From positions 352,284,001 to 352,348,000 of the forward strand of contig OZ024741.1 of assembly GCA_964016885.1 (NCBI GenBank): a stretch of DNA of 64,000 nucleotides, given 5' to 3'. Source of the stretch: Eledone cirrhosa (lineage: Eukaryota). The position numbers were made by a program, and so were the translations under genes. Positions 1-19,582 of the stretch are shown piece by piece (the stretch's first letter is position 1; each line of letters starts with the position of its first letter). The notes under the pieces are model-generated. The model was not told the origin of the DNA and made no database searches. It saw only the letters and a list, made by a program, of their open reading frames with translations.

Positions 1-40
1 GTGTGTGTGTGTGTGTGTATACATATGTGTAATTTATATA

Positions 41-1263
41 CAAGGTGCGGATGCTATTCGTTCGCAAGATAACTTTTGGGGAAAAAAGAACACTTTTTTT
101 ATAGATGTATTCACCAAACTTGAGTCAGTTTTTCTTCATGACATGTTCTATCAATCTCACTTGATGAACCTGCTTTCAGCTTTGATGACACCCTCGTAAC
201 TGGCCACAGGCCTTCTTCACTGTCTTGCGACTGAGGCTTCTGAAGGCCCTGGTGATCTTGACACTTACCTCATCCTTCATATTGCAGCTGGATCTGTTGG
301 TTTCTCCTTCCACGACGTTACACACAAATATGTAAAGTGGGTTGCAGCCAGGCGAGTTGGAAGGCCAAATGTCAGACGCAGTGTGGTCAAAGAAGTCTCT
401 GATAGCTAGGCCTGGGTTTTCCGGTTGATCCAAGGCTTTGACACCTTGTTCAGAACGCAGATATAGTCATCTGTGTTCAGCCTAAGGCTGACCGAGAAGA
501 AGTGAGGTGGCATGACATCACCTTTACTGCTGACGACTTGGAAGACCATGATTGCCGCTGAAAACTTTGTCTGTATGACTCTGGGCACATCATTGGGTGA
601 GACAGCAAGCCACGTCATATTCTGGGAGTTGATCTTCTGGTCTTAGCAGAAGTTCTTCTTGTCAGAGAAGAACCACAGCATGTTTGACTCCAGCAGGTGC
701 TTCAACTTGTTGATCAGCTTCTTGGTGTGCTTGAGTCACTTTTCCTGTATCGCTGTGGACAGAAATTATCCCTTCCTCATTTTGCATTAAAATTAGCAAA
801 TGCCCTCATGCACCACCAGCCTGATGAACTTTTCATCCACATATTTCTCCCTTGTAATGGTATGCATTTACTTACTGGGATCATTGTTGATGATCTCCTA
901 GATTTAAGTGATGAATTCCAGCATTCTTACACCATCAGATCATCGATCATGGGCTTTCCACTCTGTTATTACCTCATAGTCAAATCCTGAATCTTCCAGC
1001 TCCTTTTTTTACCTTTTCCACCACCCTTCTACTGATGCTGAGGAAGTCTGAAATCCACTTGTTTGTCCTTTTGGCACAGATTCCAAGGAGAACTCTGTCT
1101 CTTTCATAAATTAGGGAGTTTGAAATTGTCCATAGTCAATTATTCTGCAAAACCGAATACAAAAATGGGTACTGTTTTCAAACAAAAAAGACCTACAACA
1201 AAAGTAAAAAATACATGTACAATTAGCAGTTGAAAATTGTGAACGACTACTGTCTGTACCCTA
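41..1263 (-). mobile_element. Decayed Tc1/mariner-superfamily DNA transposon (maT/DD37D-like)
   Basis: Minus-strand transposase fragments (TKFSAAIMVFQVVSSKGDVMPPHFF; IWPSNSPGCNPL, similar to WPPNSPDLNPLD). Degenerate TIRs: CAAGGTGCGGATGCTATTCGTTCGCAA at 41 vs reverse complement of TTGTGAACGACTACTGTCTGTACCCTA ending 1263. Both ends flanked by TA. Confidence 0.85.
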
Positions 1264-1325
1264 TATATATATATATATGCATGTATGTATATATATATAT
1301 ATACATACATGCATACATACATATA

Positions 1326-2560
1326 CAGAGTGATCGGGCGAAATTTGAGTGGTGTTAAGGGGAAAAATAAATTTATTGGAAAAATAGAAAGTGGCATAAA
1401 GATTAAAGCAATCAAAAGAAAATAATTCACTCAAAGAAGCTGCCCTCAGCATCCACTGCAGCCTCATTCTGGTTCTGGAATCTTGCACACAGCCATCTTG
1501 GTGTCCTTAGGGAGGTCCTTAAACGTCTCCTTAATCTTGTTGATTAGCTGGGTCTTGGTGTTATAGGCAATGTGATTGGTGTCTTTCTCAACCACACCTC
1601 ACACGAAAAAATCTATAGTTTTGCAATAAGGGGGGGGGGTTAGAGGGTCAAAAGTTTGGACTGGTAAAGTCATATAAATTCTCTGACCACCATTTCTGAG
1701 TCTTCCCAGAGTTGTTGCAGGGTGCTGGATCTTGCCACACATATGGTCTTCCAGAAACCACCCTTTCCAACCAAGGCTTAACCATGGTAATCAACAACTC
1801 CACTTGAGCTTGAGATGCTGTTCAAAGATGTGAACTGGCATGGCATCATCCTCACTGAGAACACATCCCAAAACCATTACAATATGGGGAAACTTGGTCT
1901 TCATAACACAAGGAATGTCATTTTGATTGTAGGCAAGCCATCTGTTATTCTGGGTGTCGTGCATGGTCCTGACAAAAATTCTTTTCTTCAAAGAAGAACC
2001 AATTTGTCCCTGGTTTAACAGGATATTTCATTCTATCTAGGAGTTTCTTTGCCTTTATCAGATGGTTTTCTCAAGCCTTTCCGTAAGAAGTTGGCCTTTA
2101 CGCCTCTTGTATGAATGGTAGCATAGGTTCTCATTCAAGGCCACTTCAAGGTGGAAGCTGCTAAAGCTCAAATATCCCTTGCCTAGATGTTCCATCACTT
2201 TCTCCTGCAGTTAATAATCAATCAGAGGCAATCAGAATGTCTGCTGTTTTCTTTCTTACAAGCCACGGCCTCGTAGTCTCCGCTGCAACTCTTCATTTGA
2301 TATTTTATTGCTTTCATAGTGTTCAAAAAGCATTGAGCAGCTGTCATAGTTGTGGAATTGTGATGCCTGATATGAATCATCATGATGTGGGTCAGCCTTG
2401 TCCAATATTCAGGTCATTTCCTCTTGTCCATTTCAGTTAACTTTGACATTTTTAAATCTGTAGGGATTAGGTTTCAAAATGCTGTTTACTTTTCACAGGT
2501 ACAAGGGTATATCTGAAAAAAAAAAGATTAGACTCTATCAAATTTATCCCAAACACCCTG
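1326..2560 (-). mobile_element. Second decayed maT/DD37D-like mariner transposon
   Basis: Transposase fragment QNNRWLAYNQNDIPCVMKTKFPHIVMVLGCVLSEDDAMPVHIF (1791-1991). TIRs CAGAGTGATCGGGCGAAATTTGA and TCAAATTTATCCCAAACACCCTG, flanked by TA. Confidence 0.85.
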
Positions 2561-2580
2561 TATATATGCCCACCCCCCGC

Positions 2581-2611
<31 letters not shown>

Positions 2612-2940
2612 ACCGCTGGACTATCTACCATAGATTACCATCTCCACCAGTCTTCTTCCAGATATATTTATATATATATATATATATAAAGAAAATTAGG
2701 TTTATTTAAAAAAGAGATGTCCCATACAGGTGAAAGTATAAGGAAAAGGAATTGAAAATGTAACCGGAGTCTTTTAAGTATATTTATTTATTTACATTAC
2801 CAGTTTCACAGTTCTTATGATTTTCAAAAGTAAAATTGAGATGGAGGGTTTGTGTTTCTGTCGGGGTTTGTCAGACAAACAACAAGAATATTCTTAAGAC
2901 TCCAGTTGCATTTTCAATATCTTTTCCTTATGCATGTATG

Positions 2941-3003
<63 letters not shown>

Positions 3004-3037
3004 TATCTATGTATGTGTGTGTGTGTGTGTGTGTGTG

Positions 3038-5080
3038 CAGATAAATATGGAAATCCAACACCAAACTAGGCAACAAATATACCATGCAAGAAGGGAAGCA
3101 GAAAACAAAAAATTTAAGCATGTTTTGCAACGTGAGATGTTCAGGATCGCAAGACAGTGTGTCAGGGATAATTGTATGTCCGTGGAGAGAAATGTGTCCA
3201 AAATGATTTCAGCGAATTTACCTTCTCTGACGCTGAAAAGAAGGTAGTATGGAAGAGCTACTATGAAAGATTACTAAATGAGGTGAATGCATGGGATGAA
3301 GGCAGTTTGTCTCATGTTGACCCAATAGAGGGACCAGCTGTGGCAATCAAGGATATGAAGTTAGGCAGGGCAGGTGGACCCTCAGGGATAGTTGCTGAGA
3401 TGCTGAAAGCATCAGGTATGATGGGCCACACCTTAGTCTTCCGCATTGTAAACCAAGTTATACAAAATGGTGTCATACCCAATGACTGGTGTAGCAGCAG
3501 CATCATAAACTACTACAAGGTAAAAGGTGATGCTCTAAATAGGGAAAACTATAGAGACATTAAGTGGGTTGATCAGGTTATGAAGGTCACGAAGGTCACT
3601 GAAAGAGTCATAGCTCAGCTGATTAGGGAACGAGTTAACCTAGATGAGATGTAGTTTGGGTTTGTACCAGGTAAAAGTACCACAGATGCCCTCTTCCTTG
3701 TGAGACAACTGCAGGAAAAGTACCTAGCTAAACGTAAACCCCTCTACTTGGCTTTTGTAGACCTGGAGAAGCTTTTGACAGAGTTCCCTGTTCCATTATC
3801 TGGTGCACTCTTAGAAAACTAGGTGTAGATGAGTGGCTTGTAAGGGCAGTACAAACCATGTACAGAAAAACAGTCAGCACGGTCAGAATTAACAATAACT
3901 TTAGCGAAATATTTAGTGTGCAGGTTGGTGTCAACCAAGGCTCAGTTCTTAGCCCCTTCCTGTTTATCATCCTCCTGCAGGGAAATGGCCTTGCTCAGTG
4001 TGCAGAAAAGGAGTTGGTGCAAGCTATGGATTCAGAAGAGATGTAGTGGGATCCCAGGCAGGCTAACAAAGAATGAAGTTTTTACATGTGGTCAGTGCAC
4101 AGGAGCAATAAGTAGCAAGAGCTCTCAAGATACAATCACCTTCAAATGTCTAGAGGGCTCTATAGAAGTGGTAGATAGATGCTACTACCTGGGTGATTAA
4201 ATCAGTATTGGGGATGGTATTCCACTACTAACTACAAAAGGTTTTTCCCTCAAAATGAAAGGCAGATTATATGATGCATGTCTAAGGACAACTATGTTGT
4301 ACAGCAGCGAGAACTGGGCTCTGTGCAGAGGATCTGCGTAGATTGGAAAGAAATGAAGCCTCCATGCTTCGATGGATGTGCAATAGCAATATACGTGAAC
4401 AGCAAAGCATAAAGGACCTATGCGAGAAATTAGGCATAAGAGGGATCAGATGTGTGCAGGAAAGGAGATTGCATTGGTATAGACGCAATGCATATGAAGG
4501 ACGACAGCTGTATAAAAAGGTGCATAGCGCTCAAAGTTGATGGTAGCCATGGAGTAGGCAGGCTTAAGAAGACTTGGGATGTGGTAATAAGAGCTGAATT
4601 ACATCTCACCAAGGCGATGACACAGAACAATGACCTGGCGCTATGAAGTATTACAGAAGACCCGCCCTCTTATTCTCTGGCTGAGGCATATACCTAGTAG
4701 GCAACATCAATCCCTACCATAATCCTTCCTTATACCTATGTCTCCAATTTCCCAAACCATCTTCCTCACCCCTCCCAAGTTCCCAACCTCGTCTATGAAG
4801 TGATACTCACTGCAACCACAACAAAAGAGCACAGCCCATTATAATGGTCATGTAGATGTCATGACAAAAGCGAGCACCCAGTCTGCAATGTAAAGTGGTC
4901 ATGTAGGTGTCATAATAAAAAGCACCAAGTCCACACTGTAAAGTGATCGTGTAGGCGATACGACAAAAAGCACCCAATCCAAGCTATAAAGTTGTGTAGG
5001 CGACACGGCAAAAAGCTCCCAGCACATACTGTAGATTTGGATGGAGCTAGGAAGGGCATTCAGCCATAGAAATCCAGGCA
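3038..5080 (+). mobile_element. Decayed, internally deleted RTE-clade LINE with 3' UTR
   Basis: RT fragments (AGGPSGIVAEMLKA, NYRDIK, FGFVPGKSTTDA, GVNQGSVLSPFLF), C-terminal LERNEASMLRWMC...VQERRLHWY, and ~45-bp tandem units in the 3' UTR (4850-5030). Multiple stops and frameshifts. Confidence 0.88.
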
Positions 5081-5083
5081 CGT

Positions 5084-5195
5084 TGCTGAGTGGTTAGGGA
5101 ATTGGATTCACAATCGTGAGGTTGTGATTTCTATTCCCAGACTGGCTGATGCATTATGTCCTTGAGCAAGACAATTTATTTCAAGTTGCTCCTTC
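5084..5195 (+). mobile_element. tRNA-derived SINE 5' fragment
   Basis: Box A-like GCTGAGTGGTTAG, box B-like region and the CCTTGAGCAAGACA motif shared with the other SINEs in the window. Confidence 0.65.
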
Positions 5196-5368
5196 TGTGA
5201 GGATTTGCGACCAGCAGATAATATTAGCAATTGGAAAGACCAATGGGAACATTGTTTCCTTGGTCCGATTGGATGAGCTCCACCCCACTTATTAAGTGAA
5301 TGAGTTTGGGATCTTGTTGATAGACTGTCAAGATATACACCCACACACACACATATATGTATATGTAT

Positions 5369-5520
5369 AGCTCTTTTGCCATACATTCTGTGGCCTCCTC
5401 AGTGACTAGGTTTTTATTTTGTGTCCTACACCATGGTGTAGGTCAGAACAATGGAGAGACACAAAATAAAAACCTATTCACTGAGGAGGTCAGGGAATGA
5501 GTGATGAAAGCTTTCAGAAT
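5369..5520. repeat. Inverted repeat with a degenerate hammerhead-like core in each arm
   Basis: CTCCTCAGTGACTAGGTTTTTATTTTGTGTC pairs with GACACAAAATAAAAACCTATTCACTGAGGAG. The right arm reads CTGAGGA-GGTCA...TGAT-GAAA-GCTTTC. Confidence 0.6.
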
Positions 5521-5695
5521 ATATAAAAAAGCATCCGGTTATTGAACAAACCAACTGGAAATTTATAATAAATTGAAGTGAAAACCAACAGGTGCATGTG
5601 TTTTTATTGGCACCATAACCCTCCCAAAGTATAACTATATATATATATATGTATGTATGTGTGTGTGTGTGTGTGTATATGCATATATGTTTACG

Positions 5696-5726
<31 letters not shown>

Positions 5727-5810
5727 GTTTGTGTATATATATATATATGTTTGTACACATATATGTATGTATATTTCAGAAAGCTGGTACAATGTGATAG
5801 ATATATATAT

Positions 5811-6720
5811 AATGGGCAAAGGATGCGAAATAAAAGGAAAGAATGTTTACTTCCCCTATATTTCATCATAGTATTTTATATTATTGTCCTCTTTTCAAAT
5901 GCAAAAGTAAATATGATGGAAAACTAAAAGAACTGTGTTCTTCTTTGGAACATGGATTCTAAATGTGTGGAGCGTTTATAGGACCCACTCCATGCAAGCT
6001 CTTATCTATTGTTTATTTGTGGCTTTTGTGGTTTGATGATTAGAGCCTCTTTAATTCTTGAATGTCTCCGTTGCAGCAGTTGTCAATGTGTTTTTTGACA
6101 GAAGATATTCTCGTCAAGTGCTCTTTGCTCTGTATGTGCAACATCCAGATGGTACTTCCGATGTATGAGAAGCTACATTGTCTAAACGTGACCTAGTAGA
6201 CTACATACAGTCTCATGCACACTTTTGTGTTGTGGATGAGACAATTAGGAAGTGACCATATTATCGTTGTATGCAGCTTAGGGGTGGTAGAGTAGGTCCT
6301 AAGTGTGCTAACTGTATGTCCAGGCCCTCCCTACGGATGGGTTGTTGAATGGCAGCGGTCATCTACTCATTGAAATGCGAAAGTTTTAGTTAGTGTATAC
6401 TATCTCTATGGGTACCTGTACTTGTTCATTTAGGTGGTGCCGTGGCATTTCAACATTTGGCGAGAAATGTTAGATAGCCCTTCTCGGGGAGAATTCCTCT
6501 GTGCTGCATCTGTTGTGTATCAGGGAGATCTGATTTCCTATATAGGCCGTTTTGGTATAGTAGGGAAGGGCAGAATTGTGGTGTACAAAATGGCTCTGTA
6601 GGCATCCAACCTTGTAAAATTTGGTGTATATGTGTCCCTTCTCTTGATTTTCAATGTAAAGTCAAGTGGAGAGAAGGATTCAGTTAGATCTGGGTGCTAA
6701 ACCTTATATGAATTTATAAA
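5811..6720 (-). mobile_element. Penelope-like retroelement remnant (RT thumb plus GIY-YIG endonuclease)
   Basis: Manual minus-strand translation gives LDFTLKI...FVHHNSALP (RT C-terminus) and VVY*VTFRQCSFSYIGST...SKEH (GIY-YIG). Homologous to 44190-44810. Confidence 0.75.
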
Positions 6721-6725
6721 TACAT

Positions 6726-7072
6726 GGAGGCACATGGGTTAGTGGTTAGAGGATTGGCCTTGCAATCGAAAGGTTGTGAGTTCAATTCTCAGACCGGGTG
6801 ATGTGTTGTTTCCTTGAGCAAGGCACTTTATTTCACTTTGCTCCAGTTTACTCAGCTCTAGAAATGAGATAATAGGACTGCGGTCCATATCATTCCACTG
6901 AAAAGTGGTCGTGGAGGTGCTACGGCAAAAAAGCACCCAGCACTCAGTGTAAATGAGGTTGGTGTTAGGAAGGGCATCCAGCTCTAGAAATCAAGCCAGA
7001 ATCAGTTCCCGTCCCACCCTTGCAAGCAGTGAAAAGTGGACGTAAAATGAAATGATGATGATGATGATGATG
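6726..7072 (+). mobile_element. tRNA-derived SINE with RTE-type 3' tail, full length
   Basis: GGAGGCACATGG-TTAGTGGTTAGAG...GAGTTCAATTC head; tail GGAAGGGCATCCAGC...GGACGTAAAATGAA(ATG)n. Near-identical to 8597 and 43549. Confidence 0.9.
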
Positions 7073-7089
7073 ATATACATATATATTAT

Positions 7090-7135
<46 letters not shown>

Positions 7136-7301
7136 TCATATATATATATATATATATCATCATATATATATATATATATATCATCATATATATATATATA
7201 TATATATCATCATATATATATATATATATATATCATATATATATATATATATATATCATCATATATATATATATCATCATATATATATATATATATATCA
7301 T

Positions 7302-7334
<33 letters not shown>

Positions 7335-7369
7335 CATCATACATATATATATATATATATATATATCAT

Positions 7370-7406
<37 letters not shown>

Positions 7407-7407
7407 T

Positions 7408-7438
<31 letters not shown>

Positions 7439-7480
7439 CATCATACATATATATATATCATACATATATATATCATACAC

Positions 7481-7518
<38 letters not shown>

Positions 7519-7519
7519 A

Positions 7520-7568
<49 letters not shown>

Positions 7569-7808
7569 ATATATATATATATATATGTATGATATATATA
7601 TATATATGATATATATATATATGTATGATATATATATATATATGATATATATATATATGTATGATATATATATATATATGATATATATATATATGTATGA
7701 TATATATATATATGTATGATATATATATATATGATGATATATATATATATGTATGATATATATATATATATATGTATGATATATATATATATATATATAT
7801 GTATGATG

Positions 7809-7860
<52 letters not shown>

Positions 7861-7891
7861 GTATGATATATATATATATATATGTATGATG

Positions 7892-7923
<32 letters not shown>

Positions 7924-8064
7924 GTATGATATATATATATATATATATGTATGATGATATATATATATATGTATATATATATATATGTATGATATATATA
8001 TATATATATATATATGTATGATATATATATATATATATATGTATGATATATATATATATATGTA

Positions 8065-8105
<41 letters not shown>

Positions 8106-8596
8106 ATGATATATATATATATATATGTATGATGATATATATATATATATATGTATGATGATATATATATATATATATGTATGATATATATATATATGTA
8201 TGATATATATATATATATGTATGATGATATATATATGTATGTATGATGATATATGTGTATGTATGTAAGATGATATATATATATATATATATGTATGTAT
8301 GATGATATATGTGTATGTATGTAAGATGATATATATATATATATATATGTATGTATGATGATATATGTGTATGTATGTAAGATGATATATATATATATAT
8401 GTATGTATGTATGATGATATATATAAATATGTATGTATGTATGATGATATATATAAATATGTATGTATGTATGATGATATATATATGTATGTATGTATGA
8501 TGATATATATATGTATGTATGTATGATGATATATATATATATGTACGTATGTATGTATGATGATATATATATATATGTATGTATGAATGATGATAT
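7073..8596. repeat. AT-rich compound microsatellite, (AT)n with ATG/ATGT variants
   Basis: Direct inspection. The variant units switch from CAT-type to ATG-type at ~7497. Confidence 0.97.
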
Positions 8597-8931
8597 GGCT
8601 TAGTGGTTAGAGCATTGGCCTTGCAATCGAAAGGTTGTGAGTTCAATTCTCAGACCGGGTGATGTGTTGTTTCCTTGAGCAAGACACTTTATTTCACATT
8701 GCTCCAGTTTACTCAGCTGTAGAAATGAGATGATAGGGACTGGGGTCCCTATCATTCCACTGCAAAGTGGTCGTGGAGGTGCCACGGCAAAAAAAGCACC
8801 CAGCACTCACTGTAAATGAGGTTGGTGTTAGGAAGGGCATCCAGCTGTAGAAATCAAGCCAGAATCAGTTCCCGTCCCACCCTTGCAAGCAGGGAAAAAG
8901 TGGACGTAAAATGAAATGAAATGAAAATGAA
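8597..8931 (+). mobile_element. tRNA-derived SINE, young copy with a 22-bp target-site duplication
   Basis: Same family as 6726 and 43549. ATGTATGTATGAATGATGATAT occurs at 8575-8596 and 8932-8953; tail is (ATGAA)n. Confidence 0.92.
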
Positions 8932-11730
<2,799 letters not shown>

Positions 11731-12200
11731 ATTTTGAGTTTATGTTGGTTGTATACCAACACCTCAGTATGCAGGCTGGAGCACTCGACGAAGTGCGCAG
11801 GTTGGTTTGGTTACTCCGGAGTAGTGTAAAATAAAGTTAAATAAAAGTCAAATGATTAAAATTTAGCTTCGTTTATTACTGCTATATATATTTCAGTGAC
11901 AGCCATCTTTGGCTGTGACCTCTTCAGGCAGTTTGAATTAGTATGGTATAGACAAGTACATATCTTGTTTAGGTGTATGATATTGTCAATACTCTCATAT
12001 GCCCAGTTCCTTGTTGGGTTGTTAATTCACCGGGGAACTGGAGTCATATGAATTCAAACAAACGAATTTTCGTATCACAGTTCCCCTTCTCCTCTCATTG
12101 GTCAGTTATTAGAACATTCCTCATTCTAAGTGTTGTTATTGTTGGAGTTAGCTTAAAAATTGATAAAATGGTAGGAGGGACAAGGTGTTAAAGGAACAAA
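11731..12200 (-). mobile_element. Non-coding Penelope pLTR-like insert carrying a hammerhead ribozyme
   Basis: Unique ~470-bp island inside the satellite containing the hammerhead at 11878-11932. Its terminal ~25 bp recur at 27763-27787. Confidence 0.6.
11878..11932 (-). ncRNA. Minimal type I hammerhead ribozyme
   Basis: Minus strand: ACTGC-CTGAAGA-GGTCACAGCCA aaga TGGCTGTCACT-GAAA-TATATA-TA-GCAGT. Perfect 5-bp stem I, 11-position stem II with one mismatch, palindromic stem III, AUA triplet. Confidence 0.8.
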
Positions 12201-16036
<3,836 letters not shown>

Positions 16037-17550
16037 TTACTCTTTTACTCTTTTACCTGTTTCAGCCATCCGGCTGAGGCCATGCTGGGGCACCGCCCTT
16101 GCTGCTACACACTTTATCTCCAGCCTGTATAGGTTGGCCACTGGTGTAGGAGGGAGTTTGTTGCTGCTGCCCTTAGGTTTCCCTCGTGTCTTGCTGTGGG
16201 CTCATCCGGGATCCTGGATAACAAGGTGTCGAGATGTTTCTTAAAGACATCCACCTCCACGTCATGCAAGTCTCGCAGATGCCTCGGCAGCCTGTTGAAG
16301 AGTTGAGGGCCCTTGAATCCCAGGCTATTGCAATACCTGCTCCTTATTCTAGATGTGGAAGACGGGACCTTTGGCACCACACAGTGACGTCCTGTTCGAC
16401 GGTTGGTCCAGCTCCCAATGCCAAAGTTTGGTGCTAGTCCCTCCAGGATTTTCCACATGTAGATCACTGCGTATCTCTCCCGTCTTCGCTCCAAGGAGTA
16501 GAGGTTCAGTTCCTTCAGCCTCTCCCAGTAGCTTGTCTCCCTCATCTTGGCAATCCTCTTGGTGTAGCTTCGCTGGATTGCCTCAAGCTCTGTGGTTAGT
16601 TTGACACTATGGGGTGACCACAGCTGGGAGCAGTAGTCCAGGCGGCTTAGGACAAAAGTCCTCCACAGTGTCAACATGGTGTCTCGATCTCTTGTAAGGA
16701 AAGTCCTCAAGATCCAGCCAGCGAATCGTCTACATGCTGTCGCCACCTTCATGATGTGTGAAGAAAAAGATGCATCATCGCTCATGTCTATGCCCAGGTC
16801 TCGTATCGATTTTGACACGGGGATATCGGTCCCTCCTGGTCCTGTGTAGCTGTGTTCCGCTATATTTGTGTTTGTGTTTGCAGGTTTGTATTGTAGGGCT
16901 TGGAATTTGCCAGCATTAAACTGCATGTTGTTTTCTTCCGCCCATCTGTATATGGCATCCAGATCCTGCTGTAAGAGGGCAGTGTCAGCCGGGTTTTTGA
17001 TTGCCTGTGCTACCTTAGTGTCATCAGCATAGCTAGTGAGGGATGTTGTTGCATGCACCACAGAGGGCATGTCCGAGAGAGCCACCAAAAACAGTAGTGG
17101 TCCCAGGACTGTCCCCTGAGGCACCCCACTTGTTATCGGTGTTTCCCTCGAGAGAGCCCCATTTGCTGCGACTGCCTGGCTTCTGTCCCTCAGGAAGCCA
17201 TGCAGCCACTCACCTACTTTTCCAGTTATGCCGAGTCCGTGTAGTTTGTGACATATCATTCCGTGGTCGACCTTGTCAAAGGCCTTCGCAAAGTCAAGAT
17301 ATATCACGTCTACATGTGAGCTGTCTAGTAGCTGTCTCAGTACCCAGTCGTAGTGATGTAGCAGCTGTGTAAGGCAGCTTCTTCCTGGGCGGAAGCCATG
17401 TTGCGTGCTAGTCAGGCGGTCATTTTCTTCGAGGAAAGTGATTAGTTTCTTTCTGACGACTCGCTCCATGACCTTACTGATATGCGACGTCAGGGAGACT
17501 GGCCTATAGTTCTTGGCCTCCGCTCTACTACCTCCTTTATGGATAGGGCA
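16037..17550 (-). mobile_element. 5'-truncated CR1-group LINE (element A)
   Basis: Open RT frame; 3' end GGCGGTGCCCCAGCATGGCC, then a stem-loop, then (GTAAAAGA)n repeats. Confidence 0.92.
16114..17550 (-). CDS. CR1-group reverse transcriptase, N-terminally truncated but uninterrupted
   Basis: Frame is open from the truncation point ([30 protein letters not shown]) through [33 protein letters not shown] and [10 protein letters not shown] to the stop at 16114. Confidence 0.9.
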   Translation of the reverse strand, partial: CPIHKGGSRAEAKNYRPVSLTSHISKVMERVVRKKLITFLEENDRLTSTQHGFRPGRSCLTQLLHHYDWVLRQLLDSSHVDVIYLDFAKAFDKVDHGMICHKLHGLGITGKVGEWLHGFLRDRSQAVAANGALSRETPITSGVPQGTVLGPLLFLVALSDMPSVVHATTSLTSYADDTKVAQAIKNPADTALLQQDLDAIYRWAEENNMQFNAGKFQALQYKPANTNTNIAEHSYTGPGGTDIPVSKSIRDLGIDMSDDASFSSHIMKVATACRRFAGWILRTFLTRDRDTMLTLWRTFVLSRLDYCSQLWSPHSVKLTTELEAIQRSYTKRIAKMRETSYWERLKELNLYSLERRRERYAVIYMWKILEGLAPNFGIGSWTNRRTGRHCVVPKVPSSTSRIRSRYCNSLGFKGPQLFNRLPRHLRDLHDVEVDVFKKHLDTLLSRIPDEPTARHEGNLRAAATNSLLHQWPTYTGWR

Positions 17551-17618
17551 TATATATATATATATGTATGTATATATATCTGGGTATATATATATATATA
17601 TATATATATGTATCTATA

Positions 17619-17697
<79 letters not shown>

Positions 17698-17726
17698 GTA
17701 TATATATATATGTATATATATATATG

Positions 17727-17757
<31 letters not shown>

Positions 17758-18032
17758 GTATATATATATGTATATATATATATGTATATATATATATGTA
17801 TATATATATATGTATATATATATCTGTATGTATATATATCTCTATGTATATGTATATATGTATATATACATATATATATGTATATATATATGTATGTATA
17901 TATATATATGTATATATATATGTATGTATATATACATATATATATACATATATACATATATGTATATATATATGTATGTATATGTATATATATATATATG
18001 TATATATATATGTATATATGTATATATATATG

Positions 18033-18089
<57 letters not shown>

Positions 18090-18100
18090 GTATATATATG

Positions 18101-18133
<33 letters not shown>

Positions 18134-18358
18134 GTATATATATATATATGTATCTGTATATATATATGGATATATATATATGTATGTATGTATATATATA
18201 TATATGTATCTGTATATATATATGGATATATATATATGTATGTATGTATATATATATATATGTATCTGTATATATATATGGATATATATATATGTATGTA
18301 TGTATATATATATATATGTATCTGTATATATATATGGATATATATATATGGATGTATG

Positions 18359-18390
<32 letters not shown>

Positions 18391-18490
18391 TATATGGATA
18401 TATATATATATGGATATATGTATATATATATATGTATATATACATATGTATATGTATACATATATATATATGTATGTATGTATATCCATA

Positions 18491-18526
<36 letters not shown>

Positions 18527-18533
18527 TATATCC

Positions 18534-18568
<35 letters not shown>

Positions 18569-19424
18569 TCCAAAATCACCGGGAGAGATGACCCCTTAGC
18601 CTTTGTCAAGGCAGAATTCTAGGGGAAGGAAAACTCTGATATAACACCTACAACCCTGTTGGTATCCAATGATGTTGACTTGTTCTTCTTTTTGGTAAAT
18701 ATCATCTTGGTTAAGAGAGTGGGACTGGCTTTGTGCAGTGCCTTTGCTCACTATAAAAGCTTCACGGCACAGGCATTGCTTTATATCTGGAGATCTCTCT
18801 GCACTTGTCGTCACATGGTACCATGGGCCCAGCACTGTGTGTCAATCATTGTCACAAGTGTAGTGTTTGTACCAGAGTTTTCAAGTCGCTGGCTGGAGTA
18901 AAAAGTCACACTCGTTCAGCGCACCGTTAGGGGTTCTCCTACATGGATATAAAGTAGTGGCCGTACTCGAAAACGAGTTGGCAGCCAATATGTATATATG
19001 TATGTATATATATATGTATGTATATATATATATATATGTATATGTATATATGTATGTATATATATATGTATGTATATATATATGTATATATATGTATATA
19101 TATATATGTATGTATATATATATATATGTATGTATATATATATATATATGTATGTATGTATATATATATATGTATGTATGTATGTATATGTATGTATGTA
19201 TGTATATATATATGTATGTATATATATATATATATATATGTATGTATATATATATATATGTATGTATATATATATATGTATGTATATATATATATGTATG
19301 TATATATATATATATCTATGTATGTATATATATATATGTATGTATATATATATATATGTATGTATATATATATATATGTACGTATATATATATATATATG
19401 TACGTATATATATATGTATGTAAG

Positions 19425-19455
<31 letters not shown>

Positions 19456-19542
19456 GTATGTATATATATATGTATGTATATATATATGTATATATATATA
19501 TATGTATGTATATATATATATATATGTATGTATATATATATG

Positions 19543-19580
<38 letters not shown>
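17551..19580. repeat. AT/TATG microsatellite array interrupted by 18568-18987
   Basis: Direct inspection. Confidence 0.95.
18568..18987 (+). mobile_element. Non-autonomous RTE-derived element, 5'-truncated copy
   Basis: Closely matches 58970-59387; shares the same 3' end. Confidence 0.85.

Positions 19581-19582
<2 letters not shown>

Noticed and set aside
2780-2835. Possible hammerhead relic on the minus strand (GAAACTGGTA)
   Set aside because: The CUGANGA core is not recognisable; too decayed to support.
6726-6800. tRNA-like sequences at SINE heads (also 8597, 39743, 43549)
   Set aside because: They continue into SINE bodies and lack a complete acceptor stem; not tRNA genes.
18659-18901. 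Repeated 80-aa [15 protein letters not shown] (also at 33716) as a host gene family
   Set aside because: It lies wholly within a 5'-truncating retroposon and its C-terminal frame differs among copies.
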